A stretch of 27,531 nucleotides of DNA from Candidatus Acetothermia bacterium. Lineage in GTDB: Bacteria > Bipolaricaulota > Bipolaricaulia > UBA7950. The notes below the pieces were generated by a model that saw only the letters and a program-made list of their open reading frames with translations, was not told the origin of the DNA and did not search any database. The stretch covers positions 1-27,531 of the forward strand of contig DOHL01000156.1 of NCBI GenBank assembly GCA_003535305.1, written 5' to 3'. The first letter of the stretch is position 1. Every line of letters starts with the position of its first letter. Shown here in pieces: positions 18,948 through 27,531 of this stretch. Made by a program: the position numbers and the translations under genes.

Positions 18948-19133
18948 ATGGCGAAGAAATCGTTGATAGTGAAGAATAAACGCGAGCCGAAATTTTCGTC
19001 GCGAAGGTATAATCGCTGTAATATATGCGGTCGGCCGCATGGGTATATTCGAGACTTTGGCCTCTGCCGGCTATGTTTCAGGAAGTTGGCCCATTTGGGA
19101 GAGATTCCCGGAGTTAAAAAAGCTTCTTGGTAG
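18948..19133 (+). CDS. rpsN: 30S ribosomal protein S14, zinc-binding type Z (61 aa)
   Basis: RCNICGRP...LCRLCFR...PGVKKASW. Confidence 0.99.
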   Translation: MAKKSLIVKNKREPKFSSRRYNRCNICGRPHGYIRDFGLCRLCFRKLAHLGEIPGVKKASW

Positions 19134-19293
19134 CGACCATTACATGAGTTTAATATGAAAATATGTTCTCTGCCAAGAACGCTGACTACATAGAGGGACC
19201 GATAAAGACCGCGTTACGTATTCATGGCGGTTTTCATCTTTGTGTCGGAATAATAAAAAGTTCGTGCAATCGACCGGATAAAAAAGGAGAATG

Positions 19294-19701
19294 ATGACGA
19301 TAGAGGATCCAATAGCAGACATGTTGACACGGATTCGTAATGCTAACGAGCGGTTTCATCCCCGTGTCGTGATACCGCATTCAAAGCTGAAAGAGACGAT
19401 AGCCCAAATACTCGTTGCAGAGGGGTATGTGCAAGACTACAAGGTAACAACTGATGGCACGCGACGTATGCTTACAGTGACGCTCAAATATAAAGATAAA
19501 GACGGCAAGCAAATCAAAGTGCTGACTGGATTGCGTCTGATGAGTAAGTTGAGTCGTCGGGTTTATGTTGACAAGAATAAAATTCCTCGCTCTCTCGATG
19601 GCTTAGGGTTGACGATCATCTCTACCTCCCAGGGAGTTGTTTCCGGGAAGGAAGCGCGGGCCCGCGGTATCGGAGGAGAAGTTATATGTATGGTATGGTG
19701 A
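19294..19701 (+). CDS. rpsH: 30S ribosomal protein S8 (start 19291 or 19294)
   Basis: DPIADMLTRIRNA, L..EGY, STSQGV, GGEVIC.VW. Confidence 0.99.
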   Translation: MTIEDPIADMLTRIRNANERFHPRVVIPHSKLKETIAQILVAEGYVQDYKVTTDGTRRMLTVTLKYKDKDGKQIKVLTGLRLMSKLSRRVYVDKNKIPRSLDGLGLTIISTSQGVVSGKEARARGIGGEVICMVW

Positions 19702-19707
19702 GGAAGA

Positions 19708-20256
19708 ATGTCAAAGATAGGTAAAGTCCCTGTGAAACTCCCTCCTGGCGTTAAAGTGGAAGTGAAGAATCGTTTTATCATCGTGGAAGGAGAAAACGGA
19801 AAATTGACACAAGCGTACGAACCAGAGATGGTCACTATCCAAGTGCGTGATGGTGAAGCAGCAGTGACGCGGCAGGCCGAAGATCGAGAGCATAAAGCAC
19901 GGCATGGTCTTTATCGCAGTCTACTTGCCAATATGGTCCAAGGAGTCTCCTCGTTGTGGCAAAAAGAACTTGTGGTAAAAGGTTCGGGATTTCGTGTTCG
20001 GTTAGAGGGAGATGAATTGGTGTTGGAACTCGGCTATGCTGCGCCTGTTAGGTACAAACTCCCTGATGGAATTGAAGCTAATGTACCGAATCCAAACGAG
20101 ATCGTTATCAAGGGAATAGACAAACAACTTGTAGGGCAGGTTGCGGCAACGATACGAGCGTTGCGGAAACCAGAACCGTACCAGGGAACAGGTATCAGAT
20201 ATAAAAACGAAGAGATTTTCCATAAGGCCGGCAAATTAGGTGGCCCCAGTGGTTGA
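19708..20256 (+). CDS. rplF: 50S ribosomal protein L6
   Basis: MSKIGKVPV, GIDKQLVGQVAA.IR, KPEPYQGTGIRY. Confidence 0.99.
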   Translation: MSKIGKVPVKLPPGVKVEVKNRFIIVEGENGKLTQAYEPEMVTIQVRDGEAAVTRQAEDREHKARHGLYRSLLANMVQGVSSLWQKELVVKGSGFRVRLEGDELVLELGYAAPVRYKLPDGIEANVPNPNEIVIKGIDKQLVGQVAATIRALRKPEPYQGTGIRYKNEEIFHKAGKLGGPSG

Positions 20257-20271
20257 GAGAGGAGAATTGCT

Positions 20272-20634
20272 ATGGCACAAATAGTAAGGGAAAAAGAGCG
20301 GAAGCGTCGCCATCAGCGTATACGAAAACGAATGCAAGGAACGGCACAGCGTCCACGCCTCTGTGTCTTCCGCAGCTTGAGGCATATTTATGCGCAACTG
20401 ATCGACGATAATGCCGGCACAACATTGGTCTCTGTTTCTACTCTTACCAAAGAACTTCAAGATGATATCAACGGGTGTAATTGTAATTCAGCAGAAAAGG
20501 TCGGCGAACTTCTGGCGCGTCGTGCCGCAGCGACAGAAATAACGACTGTGATCTTCGATCGCGGAGGGTATCGTTACCATGGTAAGATCAAAGCGCTCGC
20601 CGAGGCGTGTCGGAGAGGGGGGCTTCTCTTTTGA
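20272..20634 (+). CDS. rplR: 50S ribosomal protein L18
   Basis: [37 protein letters not shown]. Confidence 0.99.
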   Translation: MAQIVREKERKRRHQRIRKRMQGTAQRPRLCVFRSLRHIYAQLIDDNAGTTLVSVSTLTKELQDDINGCNCNSAEKVGELLARRAAATEITTVIFDRGGYRYHGKIKALAEACRRGGLLF

Positions 20635-21158
20635 AAAAAGATGAATATGTAAGTGAAATTATCAATATCAGCAGAGTGAGCAAGGTCACCAAAGGAGGAC
20701 GGAATATGAAGTTCCGCGTCTTATTGGTCCTTGGCGATCAAAAAGGTAAAGTCGGCATCGGTATAGGTAAAACGATCGATATTCCCCGTGCGATTGAACA
20801 AGCAACCCGTAGCGCGAAAAAGCAGATGATCGATGTTTCGATTATCAATGGGACGATACCGCACCAGATAGAAGGAAAGTTCAAGGCAGCGACTGTGGTG
20901 CTCAAGCCGGCCCATCCAGGGACAGGGGTCATTGCAGGAATGACAGTAGGAATGATCTGTCAGCTCGCGGGAATAAAAGATATCTTGACGAAATCAATAG
21001 GCCCCAATAATCCGATTAATTTGGCGCAAGCAACGATCCAGGGATTAGAAAGATTACGCACTGCAGCGGAGATCGGGAATTTACGCGATAAAGAACTCAT
21101 TGCTAATGTCAAAGCTGAAAGCAAAATAACGGCAGATGGAGAAGAAGATGGAACTTAA
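20631..21158 (+). CDS. rpsE: 30S ribosomal protein S5
   Basis: [39 protein letters not shown]; probable TTG start overlapping the rplR stop. Confidence 0.98.
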   Translation: MKKDEYVSEIINISRVSKVTKGGRNMKFRVLLVLGDQKGKVGIGIGKTIDIPRAIEQATRSAKKQMIDVSIINGTIPHQIEGKFKAATVVLKPAHPGTGVIAGMTVGMICQLAGIKDILTKSIGPNNPINLAQATIQGLERLRTAAEIGNLRDKELIANVKAESKITADGEEDGT

Positions 21159-21594
21159 GGATCTGCGCCCAACAAAAGGGAGTGTTAAACGACGGAAACG
21201 GGTTGGTCGTGGATATGGCTCCGGTTATGGCGGGCATGAGAGCGGTAAAGGCACCAAGGGCCAGAATTCGCGCAGCGGTGGAGGCACACGCCTCGGGTAT
21301 GAGGGTGGTCAAACTCCGTTGTGGAAACGATTTCCAAAACGAGGTTTCCATAATTATACGCGCACAGAGTATTCAATCGTCAATATCGATGTTCTGGGGC
21401 AGCGATTTGAAAGTGGAGCGGAAATCACTTTAGAGCGACTGCGCGAGATGGGGATAATTCGCCAACCAACAGGAAGGCTGAAGATTTTAGGGAGGGGAGA
21501 GCTCTCCAAACCGCTCGTTGTAAAAGCAGATCGGTTCACTAAAACAGCACAAACTAAGATTGAGCAGGCAGGTGGTAAGGTGGAGGTTCTTTAA
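21148..21594 (+). CDS. rplO: 50S ribosomal protein L15
   Basis: RVGRG.GSG.G, KGQNSRSG, EGGQTPL..RFPKRGF, KILG.GEL. Confidence 0.99.
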   Translation: MELKDLRPTKGSVKRRKRVGRGYGSGYGGHESGKGTKGQNSRSGGGTRLGYEGGQTPLWKRFPKRGFHNYTRTEYSIVNIDVLGQRFESGAEITLERLREMGIIRQPTGRLKILGRGELSKPLVVKADRFTKTAQTKIEQAGGKVEVL

Positions 21595-21596
21595 TT

Positions 21597-22874
21597 ATGT
21601 GGGATAAGTTTGCTCAGATATTTAGAATCCCGGAGTTGCGTAAACGGATCGTATTTACCCTTGGAGTTTTGGTTGTCTTTCGCATTGGGACACATATTGC
21701 GCTTCCCGGAGTTGATGCAGAAGGTTTGCGTGCTTTCTTTGCCGAAGGGATTTTCGGCTTTCTCGACATGTTCGTCGGAGGGGCGTTAGGTCGCTTTTCG
21801 CTCTTTGCGCTTGGTGTCGGACCATACATCAATGCCTCGATTATTATGAGCCTGCTCGTGCCGATCATTCCAAAATTGAAGGAACTGCAGCAGCAAGGAC
21901 GAGAAGGACAGCGCCGGATCAACAAGTATACTCGCTATGGGACATTGGGGTTGGCTGTCGTGCAATCGATCGGAATATGTGCCCTCGTTGTCGGGCAAGG
22001 GCTTGCTCCAGCGACCACATGGTTCTATCTGACTTCAATCCTTACTCTTACCACCGGAACGATGTTATTGATGTGGATAGGGGAACGGATTACTGAGAAT
22101 GGGATTGGCAATGGAATCTCGATGTTGATCATGGTCGGGATCATTGCCGAGTTCCCGCGGCAGCTTTATGCTGTCTATACCGAGGTGGTGCTGGGAGTGG
22201 TGCATCCGATTTGGGCGATTATAATGCTGGCAGTTATGGTTGCGCTGATAGCCGGAGTAGTAATAGTGCAACAGGGGCGGAGAAAGATCATTATCCAGTA
22301 TGCTAAGCGGACCTCAGGCCGCCGGATTTATGGCGGTCATTCTTCCCATCTACCGATCAGGGTAAATCAGGGAGGGGTTATTCCTGTCATCTTTGCCTCA
22401 GCGCTCCTCTCTATTCCGGTAACAATGATACAATTCGTTCCTGCTCTCGACTGGTTAGGCCCATATGTTGAAATGGGAAGTCTTCCGTATATGATCGTAT
22501 TTGTGCTGATGATCTTCTTCTTTACATACTTTTATAGTTCGATAACTTTTGATCCTGATGATGTGGCGAAGAATATCCGCGAATCAGGAGGATTTATCCC
22601 TGGAGTACGACCGGGAAAGCCCTCTGCAGCTCACATTTCTGCTATTCTTAGTCGGATACTTGCCGTGGGGGCATTGTTTCTCGCCGCAATATCTGTCTTT
22701 CCGTTTATCTTTGCCGATATCAGCGGAATCAGAGGTTTTTTAGTGGGAGGGATAGGGCTTCTGATCGTCGTAGGAGTTGGGCTTGACACCCTTATGCAGA
22801 TCGAAGCTCATCTGACGATGCGCCACTATGAGAGCATTACAAAGGGCGGCGCTCTGCTCGGGAGGAGAAGATAG
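21597..22874 (+). CDS. secY: Preprotein translocase subunit SecY
   Basis: ELRKRIVFTL, SLFALGVGPYINASII, MWIGERIT..GIGNGISM, NQGGVIPVIFAS, GGFIPGVRPG; multiple TM segments. Confidence 0.99.
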   Translation: MWDKFAQIFRIPELRKRIVFTLGVLVVFRIGTHIALPGVDAEGLRAFFAEGIFGFLDMFVGGALGRFSLFALGVGPYINASIIMSLLVPIIPKLKELQQQGREGQRRINKYTRYGTLGLAVVQSIGICALVVGQGLAPATTWFYLTSILTLTTGTMLLMWIGERITENGIGNGISMLIMVGIIAEFPRQLYAVYTEVVLGVVHPIWAIIMLAVMVALIAGVVIVQQGRRKIIIQYAKRTSGRRIYGGHSSHLPIRVNQGGVIPVIFASALLSIPVTMIQFVPALDWLGPYVEMGSLPYMIVFVLMIFFFTYFYSSITFDPDDVAKNIRESGGFIPGVRPGKPSAAHISAILSRILAVGALFLAAISVFPFIFADISGIRGFLVGGIGLLIVVGVGLDTLMQIEAHLTMRHYESITKGGALLGRRR

Positions 22875-22885
22875 CAATAAGAGAG

Positions 22886-23521
22886 TTGAGACGAATCGCG
22901 CTGACTATTCTCGGTCCTCCCGGAGCAGGGAAGGGGACACAGGCAAAGATGATCGCCGAGGATACCGGCTTGGTACACCTATCTACCGGCGATATTCTGC
23001 GTGATGAGTTGGCGCGCGGAAGTGAGCTGGGACAGAAAGCGAAGCAATACATGAACAGAGGGGAACTGCTGCCCGATAATCTGATCGTCACGATGATCGA
23101 GGACCGAATCAGAGAGAAGGATGGCTTTATCTTAGACGGCTTTCCCCGTACACTTACTCAAGCCGAAGCATTGGAAGAGATCGCTGCGCTCGATTTTGCG
23201 ATCAATATCGCTTTGTCGCGGGAAGAGGTCATCGTTCGCCTTTCCGCACGCCGTGCTTGTGCTGAGTGCGGGAGAATCTATAATTTGTGGTTTGATCTAC
23301 CTGCGGGTAATAATGATGAATTGTGCGATAATTGCGGTATCAAGCTTGTGCAACGCGACGATGACACACCAGCGGTGATCGAAAAGCGGTTCGATATCTA
23401 TATGGCAGACACCCGTCCGTTGATTGAATTCTATCGTGAGCAGGGAATATTGGTAGAGGTGAATGGCGCAGCTGCCCGAGAAGAGATCTTTGCGCAAATT
23501 ATGAGAATCATCACAACATGA
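22886..23521 (+). CDS. adk: Adenylate kinase (four-Cys Zn-lid type)
   Basis: GPPGAGKGTQA, HLSTGDILR, FILDGFPRT, lid CAEC...CDNC, QRDDD; TTG start. Confidence 0.98.
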   Translation: MRRIALTILGPPGAGKGTQAKMIAEDTGLVHLSTGDILRDELARGSELGQKAKQYMNRGELLPDNLIVTMIEDRIREKDGFILDGFPRTLTQAEALEEIAALDFAINIALSREEVIVRLSARRACAECGRIYNLWFDLPAGNNDELCDNCGIKLVQRDDDTPAVIEKRFDIYMADTRPLIEFYREQGILVEVNGAAAREEIFAQIMRIITT

Positions 23522-24324
23522 TCACACTTAAAACGAGTGATGAATTGACTGTCCTGCGTGAGAACAGTGCTGTCCTGGCAACGATAGTTAAAGCGCTGCG
23601 CAATAAGATCAATCCCGGGATAACGACAGCACATTTGGATAATATAGCGGCTGAGTTGATAAGGGAACAGGGAGCAAGAGCAGCGTTCAAGGGATACCGT
23701 GAGTTTCCGGCGACGATATGTACTTCGATCAATGAAGAGATTGTGCATGGAATCCCTTCTACAAAGAGGGTTCTCCGAGACGGAGATATCATCTCGATCG
23801 ATATCGGTTTAATACGGAACGGTCTCTATGCCGATATGGCGATTACAGTCCCGGTGGGAAAGGTATCGCCACAAGCACGAAAGTTAATATTGATTGCACG
23901 AGCCGCCTTGTTTCAAGGGATCAATCAGGTTAAAATAGGAAATCGGGTGTCGGATATCTCGCATGCCATTGGTCACTGTATCGAAGAAGAAGGATTTTAT
24001 CCTGTTAAAGAGTATGTTGGCCATGGCATCGGCAGACAATTACACGAAGATCCTTCGATACCTAACTACGGGCCTCCGGCACAGGGGGAGATGTTGCGTC
24101 CGGGGATGGTCTTAGCGCTTGAGCCGATGGTTAAGACTGATCCTCTGCCGGTTATGGTGCTGCCGGATGGATGGACCGTAGTTACTGCGACGCGGGGTCT
24201 TTCTGCTCATTGCGAACATATGGTTGCAGTGACAGAGAATGGGGCGGAGGTGCTGACGGAAATTGAGTTACTCCCGGAAGAAGGGAGCGCAAATGAGCTG
24301 ACACGAAACGAGGAGGTGTTTTAG
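23518..24324 (+). CDS. map: Methionine aminopeptidase, type I
   Basis: CTSINEEIVHGIP, DIISIDIG, ADMAIT, GHGIGRQLHEDP, ALEPM, SAHCEH metal-ligand motifs. Confidence 0.98.
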   Translation: MITLKTSDELTVLRENSAVLATIVKALRNKINPGITTAHLDNIAAELIREQGARAAFKGYREFPATICTSINEEIVHGIPSTKRVLRDGDIISIDIGLIRNGLYADMAITVPVGKVSPQARKLILIARAALFQGINQVKIGNRVSDISHAIGHCIEEEGFYPVKEYVGHGIGRQLHEDPSIPNYGPPAQGEMLRPGMVLALEPMVKTDPLPVMVLPDGWTVVTATRGLSAHCEHMVAVTENGAEVLTEIELLPEEGSANELTRNEEVF

Positions 24325-24330
24325 CAAACT

Positions 24331-24570
24331 GTGGTAAAGACAGGAGGTCCGGCAAAGAAAACGGATGTTATCCGGATGAGGGGAGAAGTTGTTGAAAGTC
24401 TGTCCAATTCAATGTTTCGCGTGAAGCTGGATAATGAGCATATCGTTCTCTGTCATATATCAGGCCGTATCCGGAAGAACTATATCCGTATTTTAACAGG
24501 GGACCGCGTAACCGTCGAATTTTCCCCTTACGACTTGACTAAAGGACGGATCATCTACCGTGATAAATGA
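24331..24570 (+). CDS. infA: Translation initiation factor IF-1 (exact start uncertain)
   Basis: [41 protein letters not shown]. Confidence 0.98.
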   Translation: MVKTGGPAKKTDVIRMRGEVVESLSNSMFRVKLDNEHIVLCHISGRIRKNYIRILTGDRVTVEFSPYDLTKGRIIYRDK

Positions 24571-24612
24571 ATGCATCCGGTGCTCTTTGCCTCTGGTTTG
24601 TAATTGGTGATT

Positions 24613-24726
24613 ATGAAAGTTAGAAGTTCGGTAAAGAAGATTTGTGCTAAATGTAAGATCATCCGAAGGGATGGGAGAGTAAGAGTTATCTGCCGAAATC
24701 CGAAACATAAACAACGGCAGGGATAA
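24613..24726 (+). CDS. rpmJ: 50S ribosomal protein L36 (37 aa, Zn-binding form; below the ORF-track cutoff)
   Basis: Manual translation: [37 protein letters not shown]. Confidence 0.99.
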   Translation: MKVRSSVKKICAKCKIIRRDGRVRVICRNPKHKQRQG

Positions 24727-24804
24727 TAAGATGACCTAACTGCAAAGCAAGATTGTTTGCACAGTAAGACTGAAGGTCACAGATTTACGGGCGGGAGGAC
24801 TAAG

Positions 24805-25170
24805 ATGGCAAGAATAGCCGGAGTCGATTTACCAAAGCATAAGCGAATTGAGATAGGGATTTCTTATATATACGGAATTGGGAAATTTATCGCTAAAGAA
24901 ATATTACAAAAGACAGGAATATCACCTGATGTGCGAGTAAAGGATCTTACCGAAAAAGAGATCGCTGCCCTGCAACAAACACTGGATAACTATCTAGTAG
25001 AAGGAGATCTACGCCGTAAGGTTCACTCAGACATTGGTCGGCTGAAAGCGATCAATTGCTATCGTGGGATTAGGCATAAATTACGACTTCCAGTGCGTGG
25101 TCAGCGAACACAAGCCAATGCACGAACGTGGAAAGGACCACGCCCGGCCAAGGCAGGGAAGAAGAAGTAG
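24805..25170 (+). CDS. rpsM: 30S ribosomal protein S13
   Basis: [30 protein letters not shown]; ATG 24805 after GGAGG. Confidence 0.99.
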   Translation: MARIAGVDLPKHKRIEIGISYIYGIGKFIAKEILQKTGISPDVRVKDLTEKEIAALQQTLDNYLVEGDLRRKVHSDIGRLKAINCYRGIRHKLRLPVRGQRTQANARTWKGPRPAKAGKKK

Positions 25171-25172
25171 CG

Positions 25173-25505
25173 ATGGCCAAAAATATAAAGATCGACAAGG
25201 CGCAAATCCATATACATGCGAGCTTCAACAACACAATCATTACGCTGACTGATCTAAAGGGAAATCCAATTGCATGGAAGAGTCCGGGAGTTATCGGTTA
25301 TAAAGGATCGCGCAAAGGAACACCTTACGCGGCGCAGATGGCGACTGAGGCGCTGGTACGTGAAATGAGAGAGTATGGGATCAGATCAACAATGGTGCTG
25401 GTAAAAGGAACAGGCCCAGGACGACAAGCGGTTATCCAGACAATTAAAGGATCTGGTATTCGCGTCGACGAGATCAAAAACGTCACGCCAGTATCACATA
25501 GCTGA
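25173..25505 (+). CDS. rpsK: 30S ribosomal protein S11 (110 aa, C-terminal tail absent)
   Basis: HASFNNTIIT, GYKGSRKGTPYAAQ, VKG.GPGR, NVTP; position between rpsM and rpsD. Confidence 0.98.
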   Translation: MAKNIKIDKAQIHIHASFNNTIITLTDLKGNPIAWKSPGVIGYKGSRKGTPYAAQMATEALVREMREYGIRSTMVLVKGTGPGRQAVIQTIKGSGIRVDEIKNVTPVSHS

Positions 25506-25515
25506 GGAGAAATAG

Positions 25516-26139
25516 ATGGGAAGAGACAGGGGATTGAAATGCCGGCAATGCCGACGTGAAGAAGAGAAGCTTTTCCTGAAAGGCGACAGATGCTATACCC
25601 CAAAGTGCAGCATTGAGAAACGGGCAAACCCTCCAGGAGAGCAATCCAAACGGTGGCGTTCGCGTAAGAGCCCGTATTTGATCCGCTTGAGGGAGAAGCA
25701 GAAACTGCGCAGAATATACGGCATTAGAGAGAGACAATTTAGAAATTACGTCTTATCAGCTAAACAAGGGAAAGGAGTTGCCGGAGACGCTTTGCTCTCT
25801 ATCTTGGAACGACGCCTGGATAGTGTTCTGTATCGCTCCGGGTTTGCTGCTTCACGGACGCAAGCCCGCCAGCTGATATCACATGGTCATTTTGAGATCA
25901 ATGGGCGCAGAATGGATATTCCCTCTTATCTCGTCAAGGAGAATGACATGATAAGCGTTAAAGAATCGCGGCTCAGCTGGATTAAAGAAATTGCCGCCGC
26001 GAACAAGGAACGCACGATTCCCCACTGGATAGAGAAAGATGACGCAAGATTAAAACTTCAGGTTGCCCGCCTTCCTGGAACAGAAGACGTCAATTATACT
26101 ATTGACTTTGATCGGATCATAGAGTTTTATTCACGTTAG
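25516..26139 (+). CDS. rpsD: 30S ribosomal protein S4 (Zn-binding N-terminus)
   Basis: CRQCRRE...KGDRC..PKC, LREKQKLR.IYG, LERRLD, ARQLISHGH, IIEFYSR. Confidence 0.99.
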   Translation: MGRDRGLKCRQCRREEEKLFLKGDRCYTPKCSIEKRANPPGEQSKRWRSRKSPYLIRLREKQKLRRIYGIRERQFRNYVLSAKQGKGVAGDALLSILERRLDSVLYRSGFAASRTQARQLISHGHFEINGRRMDIPSYLVKENDMISVKESRLSWIKEIAAANKERTIPHWIEKDDARLKLQVARLPGTEDVNYTIDFDRIIEFYSR

Positions 26140-26150
26140 GAGTAACAGGG

Positions 26151-27119
26151 ATGACAGATTTCATTTTACCTGATGGCGTATATGTAAGAGATGAACTGAC
26201 GGATCGATACGGAAAGATCGTTATGGAGCCGCTGGAAAGAGGATATGGAACGACAATCGGCAATGCACTGCGACGTGTCCTTCTATCTTCTATTCCCGGG
26301 GCAGCAGTAGTGCGCGTCACCTTCGATGGAAAATACCATGAGTATGACACGATCACCGGAGTTCGAGAGACGATCCTCGAAATCATCCTCAATATAAAGG
26401 AACTTGCGCTTCGTTTATTGAATGGCGATGCAGAACGCCTTTATATCGATAAAAAAGGGCCTTGTCAAATAACAGCAGCTGATATTGAACCGAATGCAAG
26501 AGTGCGAATCATCAACGATGACCTGCACATTGCCTCTCTTAACGCGGAAGGGAGGCTCGAAATGGAACTGGAAATCGAAACTGGGTATAGCTATCGTCCG
26601 GCAGAGTTGAATCGTCTGGAGGATTCTCCCCTCGCGCTTATCCCGGTTGACTCCGATTTTTCTCCTGTTAAACAAGTGAACTTCCAAATAGAGGAGATGC
26701 GTGTAGGAGGTCGGACCGGTTATGAGCGATTAATCCTCGATCTGACGACCGACGGGGGAATAAAACCGGAAGAGGCAATAAACGAAGCAGCCCATATTTT
26801 GCAAATGCACTTTAACTTGTTTGAGAAATTTGCTGAGCACCCGCTGCGAATGGAAGCAAGCAAAGCACCAGTTGAAGAAGAAGTCATTATTGATGAGCCT
26901 CCTGCGGCGTCGATAAATGAATTAGATTTTGATTCACGGACGCTCAATTTACTTTTGGAGGCAGGGATAACAACGGTAGATAAACTACGTAATCGTTCTA
27001 AGGAAGAGCTCAGTGACATTCATGGTTTGGGGCCGAAGACCTTGGAGAAAATAAAGGGAAAACTGGCCGATTATGACTCTGTTAAAGAAAAGAATGAAGG
27101 AGACGTCAGTGAGGCATAG
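26151..27119 (+). CDS. rpoA: DNA-directed RNA polymerase subunit alpha
   Basis: EPLERGYGTTIGNALRRVLLSSIPGAAV, DSDFSPV, RVG.RT.YERL.L; alphaCTD with R..N and GLGPKT motifs. Confidence 0.99.
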   Translation: MTDFILPDGVYVRDELTDRYGKIVMEPLERGYGTTIGNALRRVLLSSIPGAAVVRVTFDGKYHEYDTITGVRETILEIILNIKELALRLLNGDAERLYIDKKGPCQITAADIEPNARVRIINDDLHIASLNAEGRLEMELEIETGYSYRPAELNRLEDSPLALIPVDSDFSPVKQVNFQIEEMRVGGRTGYERLILDLTTDGGIKPEEAINEAAHILQMHFNLFEKFAEHPLRMEASKAPVEEEVIIDEPPAASINELDFDSRTLNLLLEAGITTVDKLRNRSKEELSDIHGLGPKTLEKIKGKLADYDSVKEKNEGDVSEA

Positions 27120-27459
27120 ACAAAAGATCCCGAAATTGAGCATGAAGAGAAGCCACCGCAAGAGCGTGCTGACGAACTTAGCGAAAGCGCTTATCAAGTA
27201 TGAAAAAGTCGATACAACGTTTGCCTGTGGTAAAGCAGCGCAACCATATGCAGAAAAGATGATTACCTTGGGGCGGCGCGGCGACCTCCATGCACGGCGC
27301 ATAGTCTTTTCTAAATTTCAGGATAAAGAAGTGGTCGATAAATTGTTCACCGAAATCGGACCTCGCTATAAAGATCGGCCAGGCGGATATACGCGCTTAT
27401 TAAAATTAGGACCGCGCCAAGGAGATGGAGCGGAAATGGTGCGGATACTGCTCGTCTGA
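27109..27459 (+). CDS. rplQ: 50S ribosomal protein L17
   Basis: MRHR, AEKMITLG, RPGGYTRLLKLG.RQGDGAEM; GTG 27109 after AAGGAG. Confidence 0.98.
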   Translation: MRHRQKIPKLSMKRSHRKSVLTNLAKALIKYEKVDTTFACGKAAQPYAEKMITLGRRGDLHARRIVFSKFQDKEVVDKLFTEIGPRYKDRPGGYTRLLKLGPRQGDGAEMVRILLV

Positions 27460-27531
27460 TTGTAAAGATTGGTTCTTCCATATCTACTCTGATGTTAAAA
27501 CGGGCGAAAAACGCAGGTTCACCGCTATATC

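Noticed and set aside
25503-25560. Selenocysteine or readthrough of the rpsK TGA restoring the tail
   Set aside because: Readthrough gives GEIDGKRQGIEMPAMPT*, unrelated to the uS11 tail, and runs over the rpsD SD and start; no SECIS-like hairpin is evident.
3407-27108. Long N-terminal extensions in the ORF track (fmdB-like 3407, fusA 10119, rplE 18373, rpsE 20607, rpsM 24757, rpsK 25128, rplQ 27073)
   Set aside because: Downstream starts match the family N-termini and mostly have better SD motifs; the extensions are just open upstream frame.
1590-27302. Many antisense or alternate-frame ORFs in the track (e.g. 1590-2006, 8455-8991, 9117-9563, 16968-17468, 17995-18414)
   Set aside because: They lie wholly over well-conserved housekeeping genes and have no motifs of their own; shadow ORFs.
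1-27531. CRISPR arrays, tRNA/rRNA genes, transposases or integrases
   Set aside because: No regularly spaced direct repeats, cloverleaf or rRNA signatures, or recombinase motifs were seen; nearly all sequence is accounted for by protein genes.
27460-27531. Possible start of the next gene or a terminator after rplQ
   Set aside because: Only 72 nt remain, with no clear SD-ATG or hairpin plus U-tract; cannot be called.

Overview
This is a bacterial housekeeping window. It starts with a short accessory stretch: a partial minus-strand hypothetical ORF, a NifU/NfuA-type Fe-S carrier, a long-form HPF, a divergent PP-loop ThiI/MnmA-like protein and an FmdB-family zinc ribbon. Next comes a 1648-aa rpoC with several lineage-specific insertions and no rpoB upstream. 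The rest is a nearly complete str-S10-spc-alpha ribosomal superoperon, rpsL through rplQ, including secY, adk, map, infA, rpmJ and rpoA. tuf and rpmD are missing from their usual positions. uS11 has lost its conserved C-terminal tail and uS7 has a shortened N-terminus. Several spacers in the operon are expanded and structured, most notably a candidate four-way-junction RNA between rpsJ and rplC. The rpoC insertion pattern resembles the Thermotogota/Deinococcota type; Bipolaricaulota is my unverified guess for the lineage. I found no rRNA, tRNA, CRISPR array or transposase. All structures and alignments were assessed by eye, not computed.
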